A stretch of DNA of 64,000 nt. It comes from Patescibacteria group bacterium (GTDB taxonomy: Bacteria > Patescibacteriota > Minisyncoccia > Phycocordibacterales > UBA9973). The DNA lies in NCBI GenBank assembly GCA_028865035.1, contig JAGWLB010000001.1, positions 6,673 to 70,672 of the forward strand, written 5' to 3'. Positions 37,691-46,317 of the stretch are shown here, one piece after another (the stretch's first letter is position 1; each line of letters starts with the position of its first letter). A program made the translations under genes and the position numbers. The notes beneath the pieces were generated by a model. The model saw only the letters and a program-made list of their open reading frames with translations. It did not search any database and was not told where the DNA came from.

Positions 37691-38680
37691 ATGCATTCTC
37701 ATAAAAAATTTCTTTTTGGAATATTGTTAATACTTTGTATCGTTTCTATACCTAGTTATAGTAAGGCTATCGACGGTATTGGTTTGCAGGAATCTGACAT
37801 TACAGCAAGCACACAGCCAGAAAACCCTGAGCCTTATCAAGATGTAACCATAAGTCTTGTTAGTTATGCTACAGACCTAAACAAAGCCACTATCGAGTGG
37901 CGCAGTGGATCAAAAGTTTTACTATCGGGTATTGGTCGTACAAACTTCTCTATAAAAGCTCCGGGCCCAAATGTGACGGCAGTTTATACTGCTACAATAA
38001 CTCCAGTAGGAGACACAAACAGTATTACAAAACAAATTATAATTAGTCCATCAGACATAGAAGTGTTATGGGAATCTGTAGACGGGTACACCCCTCCTTT
38101 TTATAAAGGTAAATCTTTTGCATCACCAGAAAGCCTTATAAAAGTTGTAGCTATACCTGACACAAGCGCTGTGAAATCTAGTAGTAATCTAGTATATACT
38201 TGGAAAAATAATGGTAAAACAATACAAAGTGCTTCTGGTTATGGTAAGGACTCTTATATATTTGCAAATAATGAATTAAACAGAAGTGAAGAGATTACGG
38301 TATCTGCCTCAACAGTAGATGGATCATATAATGCAACAAAGACAATAAACATACCGATAATTGATCCAAAAATTGTTTTTTATAAAAGATCACCTACCGA
38401 TGGAGTTTTGTACAATAGTGCATTAGTAAATGATGTATTTATGTCTGGGGACGAGTTTACCATTGTTGCCACACCATACTTTCTTGCTACTTTAGGTAAT
38501 GAGGATAAATTTACTTATAGCTGGCAAATAAATGGTAATAGTATAAGTACTCCTTCAAAGAAAACAGAGTTAACGGTCCGACCAAGCTCTCGTGGAGGAT
38601 ATGCAACAATAGGCGTTACAATGGAAAACTTAAACACATTTTTCCAAAAAGTTACTGGCCAATTAAAAATAAACTTATAA
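37691..38680 (+). CDS. Secreted hypothetical protein (beta-rich)
   Basis: Signal peptide MHSHKKFLFGILLILCIVSIPSYSKA. Confidence 0.5.
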   Translation: MHSHKKFLFGILLILCIVSIPSYSKAIDGIGLQESDITASTQPENPEPYQDVTISLVSYATDLNKATIEWRSGSKVLLSGIGRTNFSIKAPGPNVTAVYTATITPVGDTNSITKQIIISPSDIEVLWESVDGYTPPFYKGKSFASPESLIKVVAIPDTSAVKSSSNLVYTWKNNGKTIQSASGYGKDSYIFANNELNRSEEITVSASTVDGSYNATKTINIPIIDPKIVFYKRSPTDGVLYNSALVNDVFMSGDEFTIVATPYFLATLGNEDKFTYSWQINGNSISTPSKKTELTVRPSSRGGYATIGVTMENLNTFFQKVTGQLKINL

Positions 38681-38681
38681 T

Positions 38682-39977
38682 ATGAAAAAAACTTTATCTA
38701 TCTTTATATTAATAACTACATTGCTTTCATTTAGTAGTAAGGTTTCAGCTGATAACTCTATCACTTTGTATGTTTCTCAAAGTGATTCAACTGCTACAAT
38801 TACAGCTAAATATTTAGGCGCAGATAACTGTAGTGGAGATATTCTTGTTACCGACAACAAAAATCCGCCAATTTATAGTAAACTTTCTCCTATTTCATTT
38901 ACTGCTGGTACCCAATCTGCTACAGTTGAATTAACAGGTCTTACTAAAGGAGAAACATATAACGCTATGGCTAATTGTTCAGGTTCATTAGCAAAAGCCA
39001 CGTCTCAAGTATCTACTTTTACTTTCGGCTCTATATCACCTGATAACAACGCTCCATACGACGTAAGCCCACAAAAATATGACAATTCTGTTGATACTTA
39101 TAATCTTTTAGCTCCTATAGGTGGTTTAAAAAGTATCACAACAAATGGTGGGACTTGCCCAATAGACCCTAAAATGGCAGGTGGTATTGGTTGTTATCTT
39201 AATATTATTTTCAAAATTGGTATTGGTCTTGCTGGAGCGTTATCTGTCATAATGATTGTTATAGGTGGTGTGCAATATATGGGTAATGAATCAATTTTTG
39301 GTAAAAATGAGGCAAAAAGTAAAATAATGTCAGCAATTTTAGGCCTCCTTATAGCTCTTGGTGCTTTTGCCCTCTTAAATACTATTAATCCTGATCTGAC
39401 GGGGGCGAAAGGGGTACAAATAGATCAGGTCAGCGCAGAGATAGATGAAGCACCAATACTATCAGATGCAAATACTTCAGTGCCGTCGGGAACAACAAAC
39501 AGTTTTGCGGATTGCCCAGGTGGAGTAAGAAAAGTAGGTACTACTGGTGGAAATTTTATATTCTGCTCAGCTTATGCAAGTAAATTACAACAAATGTTTT
39601 CAGATGCATATCATGCTAATCCTAGTATATTTTTATCTGGAGGAGGATTTAGGACTCATGATTCACAAATAGCATTGAGAAATAAAAATTGTCCCGATCC
39701 AAAGTTAACAGTTCCTTCATCGTCTTGCCATCCACCAACAGCAAGACCAGGAACGTCAAATCATGAACAAGGTCTTGCTGTTGATTTGACTTGTGATGGT
39801 GAATTAATAAATTGGCAAACAAACAAAAGTGCTCATGATTACCAACCTAAATTTCCGATTAATCAAAAAACAAAAAAGTGTTTTGACTGGTTAGCGTCTA
39901 ATGCTGGTAATTATGGATTTAAAAATTTATCATCAGAAAATTGGCATTGGTCAACAGGTCCTAATGCTGGTAGATAA
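38682..39977 (+). CDS. Secreted protein with VirB2/TrbC-pilin-like hydrophobic hairpin fused to a VanY/LAS-type zinc peptidase domain
   Basis: Signal peptide; paired hydrophobic helices IGIGLAGALSVIMIVIGGVQYM...IMSAILGLLIALGAFALL; C-terminal SNHEQGLAVD (SxHxxGxAxD) and ENWH (ExxH) motifs of VanY/M15 peptidases. Confidence 0.6.
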   Translation: MKKTLSIFILITTLLSFSSKVSADNSITLYVSQSDSTATITAKYLGADNCSGDILVTDNKNPPIYSKLSPISFTAGTQSATVELTGLTKGETYNAMANCSGSLAKATSQVSTFTFGSISPDNNAPYDVSPQKYDNSVDTYNLLAPIGGLKSITTNGGTCPIDPKMAGGIGCYLNIIFKIGIGLAGALSVIMIVIGGVQYMGNESIFGKNEAKSKIMSAILGLLIALGAFALLNTINPDLTGAKGVQIDQVSAEIDEAPILSDANTSVPSGTTNSFADCPGGVRKVGTTGGNFIFCSAYASKLQQMFSDAYHANPSIFLSGGGFRTHDSQIALRNKNCPDPKLTVPSSSCHPPTARPGTSNHEQGLAVDLTCDGELINWQTNKSAHDYQPKFPINQKTKKCFDWLASNAGNYGFKNLSSENWHWSTGPNAGR

Positions 39978-39982
39978 TATTT

Positions 39983-41302
39983 ATGCCTAAAAAAACAAAA
40001 ATCATTTTCATAATTGTATTTATACTAGTTGGATCTATTATGCTTGGTTTTTATTTCTATGTTAGTAAAAAAAATACATCTGGTACAAACAGTGGCTCAA
40101 ATAATGCATACCAACCTTTCTTAGGAGGGAACACAACACCACAAGGAGGAAATGGTAATAGTACTAGTAGTAATAATACGAGTGGTACGCAAACAAATAC
40201 CCCTATCGATAGCCAGGTTGCTCCACAAGCTTCTAAATTCCATCAGATAACAAATATATCAGTTGCAGGGGCGGCTTACTTGGAGGACACTCGTAAAGTG
40301 CAGACAACAGGGGTCGCTTTACCTGGTGGTTTAACCCAACCAACAAGTACCACGAAAACAACAACTAAAGTAGCAGCACCGAGAGTCGAAACTGTTCCTT
40401 CTGTAAGATATGTTGAGCGTGCTACTGGATACATAGATGAAATGTATTTAGATACAAAAGTTTCAGGAGAAATATCGAACTCTACAATACCTAGTATATA
40501 TAGAGCATTTTTTGGTAATGATGCAAATAGTGTTATTTATCAGTATCTTTCACCGGACACGGGTGATACAATAAACAGCTTTATGGCAACCCTTGGTGGT
40601 AGCAAAGGAGAATTTCTTCCATCTAATGTTATAAACATTAGTCTTTCTCCTGATAAAAGTAAGTTTTTTTATCTTGTAAAAACTTCAAGTGGTGTGAATG
40701 GTATAGTGAGGTCATTTGGTGATACTAAAGCTTCACAAGTTTTCAGTTCTCGTTATAGTGAATGGCTATCTCAGTGGGTAACAAAAGATAAAGTATTTTT
40801 AACAACAAAAGCTTCGTCTGCTGTAGATGGTAGTGTATTTAGTTTGAATATTATAAGCGGTATATCGACTAAAATATTTGGTAGTGTGAAAGGTTTAACA
40901 ACTTTAGCAAACAATGACGGATCTCTTATTTTGTATAGTACTTCAGATTCGTCAGTTCCTCAATTAAAAATATTCAACACAAAAAACCGTACGACCTTTG
41001 ATTTAAATACACCAGGATTAGCAGAGAAATGTATTTGGAGTGCAGATAATATAAACATTTATTGTGCTATACCAAGTAATATAATAGGTGGAGACTATCC
41101 GGATTCTTGGTATCAAGGATTAGTATCTTTTAATGATCGTTTTGCAAAAATAAACTCAATCACTGGTGATCAGATAGATATTGCAGATTCTACAAATGAA
41201 ATAGCTGTAGATGCTACTAAATTATTCTTAAACAAAGATGAGAGTCAGCTATTTTTCATAAACAAAAAGGACTCCACGCTATGGAGTCTAGACTTGAACT
41301 AA
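39983..41302 (+). CDS. Bitopic membrane protein with predicted beta-propeller-like ectodomain
   Basis: N-terminal TM, N/T/S/G-rich linker, beta-strand-rich C-terminal 300 aa; last gene of the cluster. Confidence 0.5.
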   Translation: MPKKTKIIFIIVFILVGSIMLGFYFYVSKKNTSGTNSGSNNAYQPFLGGNTTPQGGNGNSTSSNNTSGTQTNTPIDSQVAPQASKFHQITNISVAGAAYLEDTRKVQTTGVALPGGLTQPTSTTKTTTKVAAPRVETVPSVRYVERATGYIDEMYLDTKVSGEISNSTIPSIYRAFFGNDANSVIYQYLSPDTGDTINSFMATLGGSKGEFLPSNVINISLSPDKSKFFYLVKTSSGVNGIVRSFGDTKASQVFSSRYSEWLSQWVTKDKVFLTTKASSAVDGSVFSLNIISGISTKIFGSVKGLTTLANNDGSLILYSTSDSSVPQLKIFNTKNRTTFDLNTPGLAEKCIWSADNINIYCAIPSNIIGGDYPDSWYQGLVSFNDRFAKINSITGDQIDIADSTNEIAVDATKLFLNKDESQLFFINKKDSTLWSLDLN

Positions 41303-41303
41303 A

Positions 41304-41762
41304 CTATTCTGCTATATATTTTATAACAACCCTCCTGTTTTGTCCGTATCCTTCGGATTCTGTTTTAATATCTGGAGCGTTTTCTAAGAACATATGTACA
41401 ATGCGTCGTTCGTAGGCTGGCATAGGGTCTATCTCTATATTACTCTTGAAGTAACGAGCTCTCTCAGCCATCATATGTGCGATGGTTTTTAAATTATTAA
41501 AGCGCTTTTTTTGATAACCATTCACATCAATAAAAATATTTTTAGTTTCTTCTTCGGCTGTATCTTTTTCAATCATTTTGTGGACTAGGTGGTTTAGGGA
41601 ACGCAATGTTTCACCGTCGCGTCCAATAATAAACCTAGAATCGGGTGTATCTATCATACACCAAAGATAATTACCGTCTGAAGAAAATTCGCATTTTGAA
41701 ATAGTGCAGTTAAGATGTTTGAAAATATCTTCTATTATTTTTTTTATTTGGTCTTCTTTCAT
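41304..41762 (-). CDS. jag: Jag/KhpB RNA-binding protein (KH + R3H)
   Basis: RFIIGRDGETLRSLNHLV KH segment; C-terminal R3H-like ERRIVHMFLEN; conserved position after yidC. Confidence 0.75.
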   Translation of the reverse strand: MKEDQIKKIIEDIFKHLNCTISKCEFSSDGNYLWCMIDTPDSRFIIGRDGETLRSLNHLVHKMIEKDTAEEETKNIFIDVNGYQKKRFNNLKTIAHMMAERARYFKSNIEIDPMPAYERRIVHMFLENAPDIKTESEGYGQNRRVVIKYIAE

Positions 41763-41767
41763 AATTT

Positions 41768-42526
41768 TTATATAACATTGTCTTTCAAGGCTTTTCTAAC
41801 ATACCACTCTTGGATTATAGTAAAAACGTTACTTGTGATCCAGTATAATGCGACAGCTGCTGATATTTTATAAGCTATGAATACTATAAATATGGGTAAT
41901 ATGTATTTTACATTCATTTGCATACTATCAGAAAGCTGATCTTGGAAATTTTTAGTATTATTTTCTGGCATTTCTTTCACTACTTCTACTTTCGGCTTGA
42001 TTGGTGAAGCTAAGTATCCTTGAATAAATTGTGAAATACCAGCTAATACCGCAAGTACTATACTTTTGCTATGAACTTCTATTAGTCCTAAGAAATTAGT
42101 GTGAAGGTAAGCTGGTGCTTTTATAAAAGAATATAGTGGCCCTGTGTCTAAAGATAATCCTTTATAGAAAACATAATAAAGAGCAAAAATAAAAGGAAGT
42201 TGTAGTAACACAACTAAACAACCAGAAAAAGGATTGACCCCGTATTTTTTATACAATTCGAAAGTTTTCTTTGCTTGTTCTTCTTTGTTTGGAATTTCTT
42301 TCTTAATACGCTTAAGCTCAGGCTCAACACGCTTCATAAGAATCTGGCTTTTAATAGATTTCTTAGTTAGAGGGAACAGGGCTAGTTTAACAATGATAGT
42401 TAAAAGAATAATACCGAAACCAACGTCACCAAAAGTTATAGTTTTTATTAATAAGATGAGCGCGTTGTAAATTGGTTGATAGAAAATTGTGTTCCAAATT
42501 GCATACATTGGTCTATTGTAGCTCAA
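41768..42526 (-). CDS. yidC: Membrane protein insertase YidC (short form)
   Basis: Polytopic 252 aa; synteny rpmH-rnpA-yidD-yidC-jag. Confidence 0.8.
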   Translation of the reverse strand: MSYNRPMYAIWNTIFYQPIYNALILLIKTITFGDVGFGIILLTIIVKLALFPLTKKSIKSQILMKRVEPELKRIKKEIPNKEEQAKKTFELYKKYGVNPFSGCLVVLLQLPFIFALYYVFYKGLSLDTGPLYSFIKAPAYLHTNFLGLIEVHSKSIVLAVLAGISQFIQGYLASPIKPKVEVVKEMPENNTKNFQDQLSDSMQMNVKYILPIFIVFIAYKISAAVALYWITSNVFTIIQEWYVRKALKDNVI

Positions 42527-42574
42527 AAAGACTTAAAACCAAAATTCTATTAATATACTTAATATTTTTATTGA

Positions 42575-42781
42575 TTAACGAAGGGGGTCGTAATGATTTT
42601 TCTGCCAAGGGTGGCATCTAGTTATCCTTATAAAACCAAGATAGACACCTTTAGCTGGGCCATATTTAGTAATAGCTTCTTTGGTATATTCTGAACAGGT
42701 AGGAATAAAAACACAAGATGAATGTGATCTTAGTGGCGTCTTCTGATATGTATTTATAAGCCAAATTAATATTTTACCCAT
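42575..42781 (-). CDS. yidD: Membrane protein insertion efficiency factor YidD
   Basis: PTCSEY...RITRCHPW cysteine motif. Confidence 0.8.
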   Translation of the reverse strand: MGKILIWLINTYQKTPLRSHSSCVFIPTCSEYTKEAITKYGPAKGVYLGFIRITRCHPWQKNHYDPLR

Positions 42782-42787
42782 ATATTA

Positions 42788-43141
42788 TTAGCTAATTTTG
42801 CTTAATATTGTCTTTGTTGAATCTTTTATTTCCTTAAAACTAGCTTTTCCAGACCCTTTTTTATAGAAAAATATACCCATAACACAAGGTAGTTGTTTGT
42901 ATTGTTTTAAAGCGTTGTAGCCTTGGCGTCTTAGTTTATTCCTTAAAACTGCTTGTTTTGCAACGGTTTTTGGGGCAACAAATGCGTATTTTGGAGAATA
43001 TTCCTTGTTATTTATGGTTAAATAACGAAAAATAAAGAGCGGACTTGAGAGAATCTTCCCGTTTTTCATAATACTAAGGAATGTCTCTTTTGTAATCCGC
43101 TCTTTTTTAGGAAGCATATCGCTATTTCTTAATAGAAACAT
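42788..43141 (-). CDS. rnpA: RNase P protein component
   Basis: 117 aa basic protein; [12 protein letters not shown]; synteny. Confidence 0.75.
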   Translation of the reverse strand: MFLLRNSDMLPKKERITKETFLSIMKNGKILSSPLFIFRYLTINNKEYSPKYAFVAPKTVAKQAVLRNKLRRQGYNALKQYKQLPCVMGIFFYKKGSGKASFKEIKDSTKTILSKIS

Positions 43142-43262
43142 TTGCTCGTCCTTTACGTCTACGAGCTTGTGTTACCTTTTTACCACCTGGTGATTTTGTT
43201 CTAACTAAGAAGCCGTGTGTTTTGGCCCTCTTTCTTCTGTTGGGTTGATATGTTTGAGACAT
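43122..43262 (-). CDS. rpmH: 50S ribosomal protein L34
   Basis: [46 protein letters not shown]; start set at the conserved M, not the longer ORF in the track. Confidence 0.8.
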   Translation of the reverse strand: MSQTYQPNRRKRAKTHGFLVRTKSPGGKKVTQARRRKGRANVSIKK

Positions 43263-43316
43263 ATGAAAAATATATACTATAATTCTGTATAATGCAATGT
43301 TTATAATACCATAAAC

Positions 43317-43325
43317 ATATCCACA
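43317..43325. promoter_or_regulatory. DnaA box (8/9 match) upstream of dnaA, with a TATAAT at 43381..43386
   Basis: atatccaca compared with TTATCCACA. Confidence 0.4.
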
Positions 43326-43393
43326 CATTATTAACAGGTTAATTAAGGTATGTGATTATTTGTGTGTTTTGAAAAAGTAGTATAATACGCACT

Positions 43394-44746
43394 ATGGATA
43401 TTAAAGAGCTTTGGGTTAATTGCTTATCAGAAATTGAGTTAGGTATATCGAAAGCCAACTTTACTACTTGGTTTAAAAATACTTCAATTATTAAAGAAGA
43501 TGCTGGGACGCTTTATATTGGTGTTCCTAATGAGTTTGTAAGGGATTGGTTATATAACAAATTCAACAAACTTATCTTAAAAACCCTTATTAGTCATGAG
43601 GAAAGTATTCGAAGTGTAGAATATGTAATACAAAAACATGAAAATGTTAATAAAAACAATGACAGTGAAGTAATCAAACAAATAACTAATATTAATAAAG
43701 AATTACCTTTAAATGATCTTTATATAAATAGGGACGATAATTTAAATCCTAAATATAACTTTAATTCTTTTGTTGTTGGACCTTTTAATGAGTTAGCTTA
43801 TGCTGTTGCTCAGGCTATTATTACAAACCCTGGTAAAAACTATAATCCGTTTTTTGTTTACGGTGGTACTGGCTTAGGGAAAACACATATGATCCAAGCA
43901 ATAGGTAATATTATTAAAACAAACTATCCTAACAAAAAGGTTTATTATGTTAGTCTTGAGAGATTTGCTATTGATTATATAAATTCTATTCAAAATAAAA
44001 ATCCTAATTCTTTTAAAGAAAAATATAGAAAATATGATGTAATTATTATGGATGATATTCAATTTATTTCTGGTAAAGATAAAACTCAGGAAGAATTATT
44101 CCATTTATTTAATACTTTATACGAAAACAATAAACAGATTATATTCTCCTCCGACAAACACCCAAACTTCATTCAAGGTTTAGAAGATAGATTGCAATCT
44201 AGATTTGCTTCTGGGATGACAGTACAGATAGTTGAACCTGATTACGAATCACGTGTCGCTATTATAAAGGCTAAATTCGAACAAACAAACTGTATTGTAA
44301 GCGATGATGTGGTTTCTTATTTAGCTTCTGCTTTAGAAGGTAATATACGAGAACTTGAAGGTAGTTTAAACACTATAATTTGCCAATCTCAACTTAAAAA
44401 CAAGTCTTTGGGTTTGGTTGAAGTAAAAACACTTATAAAAAACAACATCAAACCCAAGAAAAATGTTGCTATTAAAGATATTGTTAAAATAATTGCTGAC
44501 CAATACGGTATTTCTGAGGAAATAATATACGAAAAAACTAGAAGAAAAGAAATCGTACGAGCTCGCCAAGTAGCTATGTATATTCTGCGTGAAGATTTTA
44601 ATATATCTTATCCTTTAATCGGTCAGAAACTCGGGGGGAGAGACCACACAACAGTTATTCACTCACATTTAAAAATAAAAGATGATTTAAAAACAGACCC
44701 GTCGTTATTACAAGAGATAGAAAAAATAAGAATTATGTTTAAGTAA
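43394..44746 (+). CDS. dnaA: Chromosomal replication initiator DnaA
   Basis: GGTGLGKTHMIQAIGN Walker A; C-terminal DNA-binding domain. Confidence 0.9.
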   Translation: MDIKELWVNCLSEIELGISKANFTTWFKNTSIIKEDAGTLYIGVPNEFVRDWLYNKFNKLILKTLISHEESIRSVEYVIQKHENVNKNNDSEVIKQITNINKELPLNDLYINRDDNLNPKYNFNSFVVGPFNELAYAVAQAIITNPGKNYNPFFVYGGTGLGKTHMIQAIGNIIKTNYPNKKVYYVSLERFAIDYINSIQNKNPNSFKEKYRKYDVIIMDDIQFISGKDKTQEELFHLFNTLYENNKQIIFSSDKHPNFIQGLEDRLQSRFASGMTVQIVEPDYESRVAIIKAKFEQTNCIVSDDVVSYLASALEGNIRELEGSLNTIICQSQLKNKSLGLVEVKTLIKNNIKPKKNVAIKDIVKIIADQYGISEEIIYEKTRRKEIVRARQVAMYILREDFNISYPLIGQKLGGRDHTTVIHSHLKIKDDLKTDPSLLQEIEKIRIMFK

Positions 44747-44954
44747 AAAGTTGTGGATAAGGTGTGTTTATAGAAATACAAAATTGTGGAAAACTTTCAG
44801 AAAAATAAAATTTATAAATTAATTAACATATTATAAATAATTTTATTTTTCAAAAAACAAAATAGTATATATTTTATATATATAAAAAAGTAATCCACAT
44901 ATCCACAGTGCTAATAGTAGTAATAGTTTATTAATAGATAGTTATAAAAATAAT
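44747..44954. other. Predicted oriC: four DnaA boxes plus an AT-rich unwinding region in the dnaA-dnaN spacer
   Basis: tgtggataa (44752..44760, perfect reverse-complement box), tgtggaaaa (44786..44794), taatccaca (44891..44899), atatccaca (44899..44907); more than 90% AT between the boxes. Confidence 0.6.
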
Positions 44955-46052
44955 ATGAAACTCGAATGCTCAATAAATAAAATAAAAAATTCACTAATCA
45001 CTGTAGATAGGATCACTGGTAAGAATTTAACACTACCTGTCTTGAATTCTATTCTATGGGTTGCAAGTGGTAAAGTTCTTAAATTAAGATCAACAAACTT
45101 AAATATTGGTATCGAAGTAAGTATTCCAGCTAAAATAGAAAAAGAAGGAGTTGTTGCTATACGTGGAGATATATTATCATCATTATTTTCAGTACTTTCT
45201 GGAGATGGAGAAATTACTTTCGAACTAATAGATAATAATTTATCAGTAAAAACAAAATCTAATAGTATTCTACTTAAAAGCACTCCACACGAAGATTTTC
45301 CTACAATCCCTGTTGTATCTGGAGAAAACCTTACTGTACCAGCCAAAAAGTTTATAAACGGTATTAAGTCTGTATATTACAGTGCTGCTATTTCAGAAAT
45401 CAAACCAGAAATAGGTAGTGTTTATATATACCCCGAGAATGACCTACTTGTTTTTGTGTCTACAGATTCATTTCGATTAGCTGAGAAAAAAATAAAAATT
45501 AAACAAAACCTGTCTTTTGATGGTATTTTAATACCGTTTAAAAATGCTACGGAAATAATTAAAGTTTTTGATTCCCTTGATGAAGATATAAAAATTACCT
45601 TACAAAAAAACCAAATATCATTCCTAACAAAAGACATATATCTTACTTCTAGGGTTGTTGATGGTAATTTTCCTGACTACAAGCAAATCATTCCTAAAAC
45701 TTCTACAACCGAAGCAGTTGTTCTAAAACAAGATTTTATTTCATCTTTAAAAATATCAAATATTTTTTCTGATAAATTTAACCAAATAACTTTAAACATA
45801 AAACCACACGAAAAGGTTTTTGAAATTAATTCTAAAAACATAGACGTAGGTGAAAATACTACTAATATACCTGGAGCACTATCAGGGGAAGCTGTGTCAG
45901 CTAATTTTAACTATAAATATATATTAGACTGTTTTCAGTCTATAGACTCAGACAGTCTTAATCTACAATTAAACGACAATAACAAACCAATGATTATACA
46001 CCCCGTAGGTGACCCTTCCTTTATGTATTTAGTGATGCCTATGAATAAGTAA
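44955..46052 (+). CDS. dnaN: DNA polymerase III beta sliding clamp
   Basis: 365 aa; three-domain clamp organisation; position after dnaA. Confidence 0.85.
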   Translation: MKLECSINKIKNSLITVDRITGKNLTLPVLNSILWVASGKVLKLRSTNLNIGIEVSIPAKIEKEGVVAIRGDILSSLFSVLSGDGEITFELIDNNLSVKTKSNSILLKSTPHEDFPTIPVVSGENLTVPAKKFINGIKSVYYSAAISEIKPEIGSVYIYPENDLLVFVSTDSFRLAEKKIKIKQNLSFDGILIPFKNATEIIKVFDSLDEDIKITLQKNQISFLTKDIYLTSRVVDGNFPDYKQIIPKTSTTEAVVLKQDFISSLKISNIFSDKFNQITLNIKPHEKVFEINSKNIDVGENTTNIPGALSGEAVSANFNYKYILDCFQSIDSDSLNLQLNDNNKPMIIHPVGDPSFMYLVMPMNK

Positions 46053-46053
46053 T

Positions 46054-46317
46054 ATGGATTATAATCACATATCAAATTTTTTAGATAAATTTAAAAAAAC
46101 ACTTTTTAAAAACGAAGAATATAATAATATTATTTCTACAACAATAACTCACCACATATCATTATCTATTGATCCAAGAACAATAAAAACAAAAGGAACC
46201 ATTATTTATATTAAAGGTTCCCCAATTTTAAAAAGCGAGATTTTGATACACAAAAATAATATAATCAATGATCTCTCTAAGATTATATTAGATAGAAAAT
46301 TTACAGATATTCGTTAG
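46054..46317 (+). CDS. DUF721/DciA-like protein (putative helicase-loading factor)
   Basis: KTKGTIIYIKGSPILKSEILIHKNNIINDL fits the DUF721 core; typical position just after dnaN. Confidence 0.45.
   Translation: MDYNHISNFLDKFKKTLFKNEEYNNIISTTITHHISLSIDPRTIKTKGTIIYIKGSPILKSEILIHKNNIINDLSKIILDRKFTDIR

Noticed and set aside
43263-43328. 68-aa version of the rpmH ORF
   Set aside because: L34 is ~46 aa and the conserved [12 protein letters not shown] start is at 43262; the extension would remove the dnaA upstream region.
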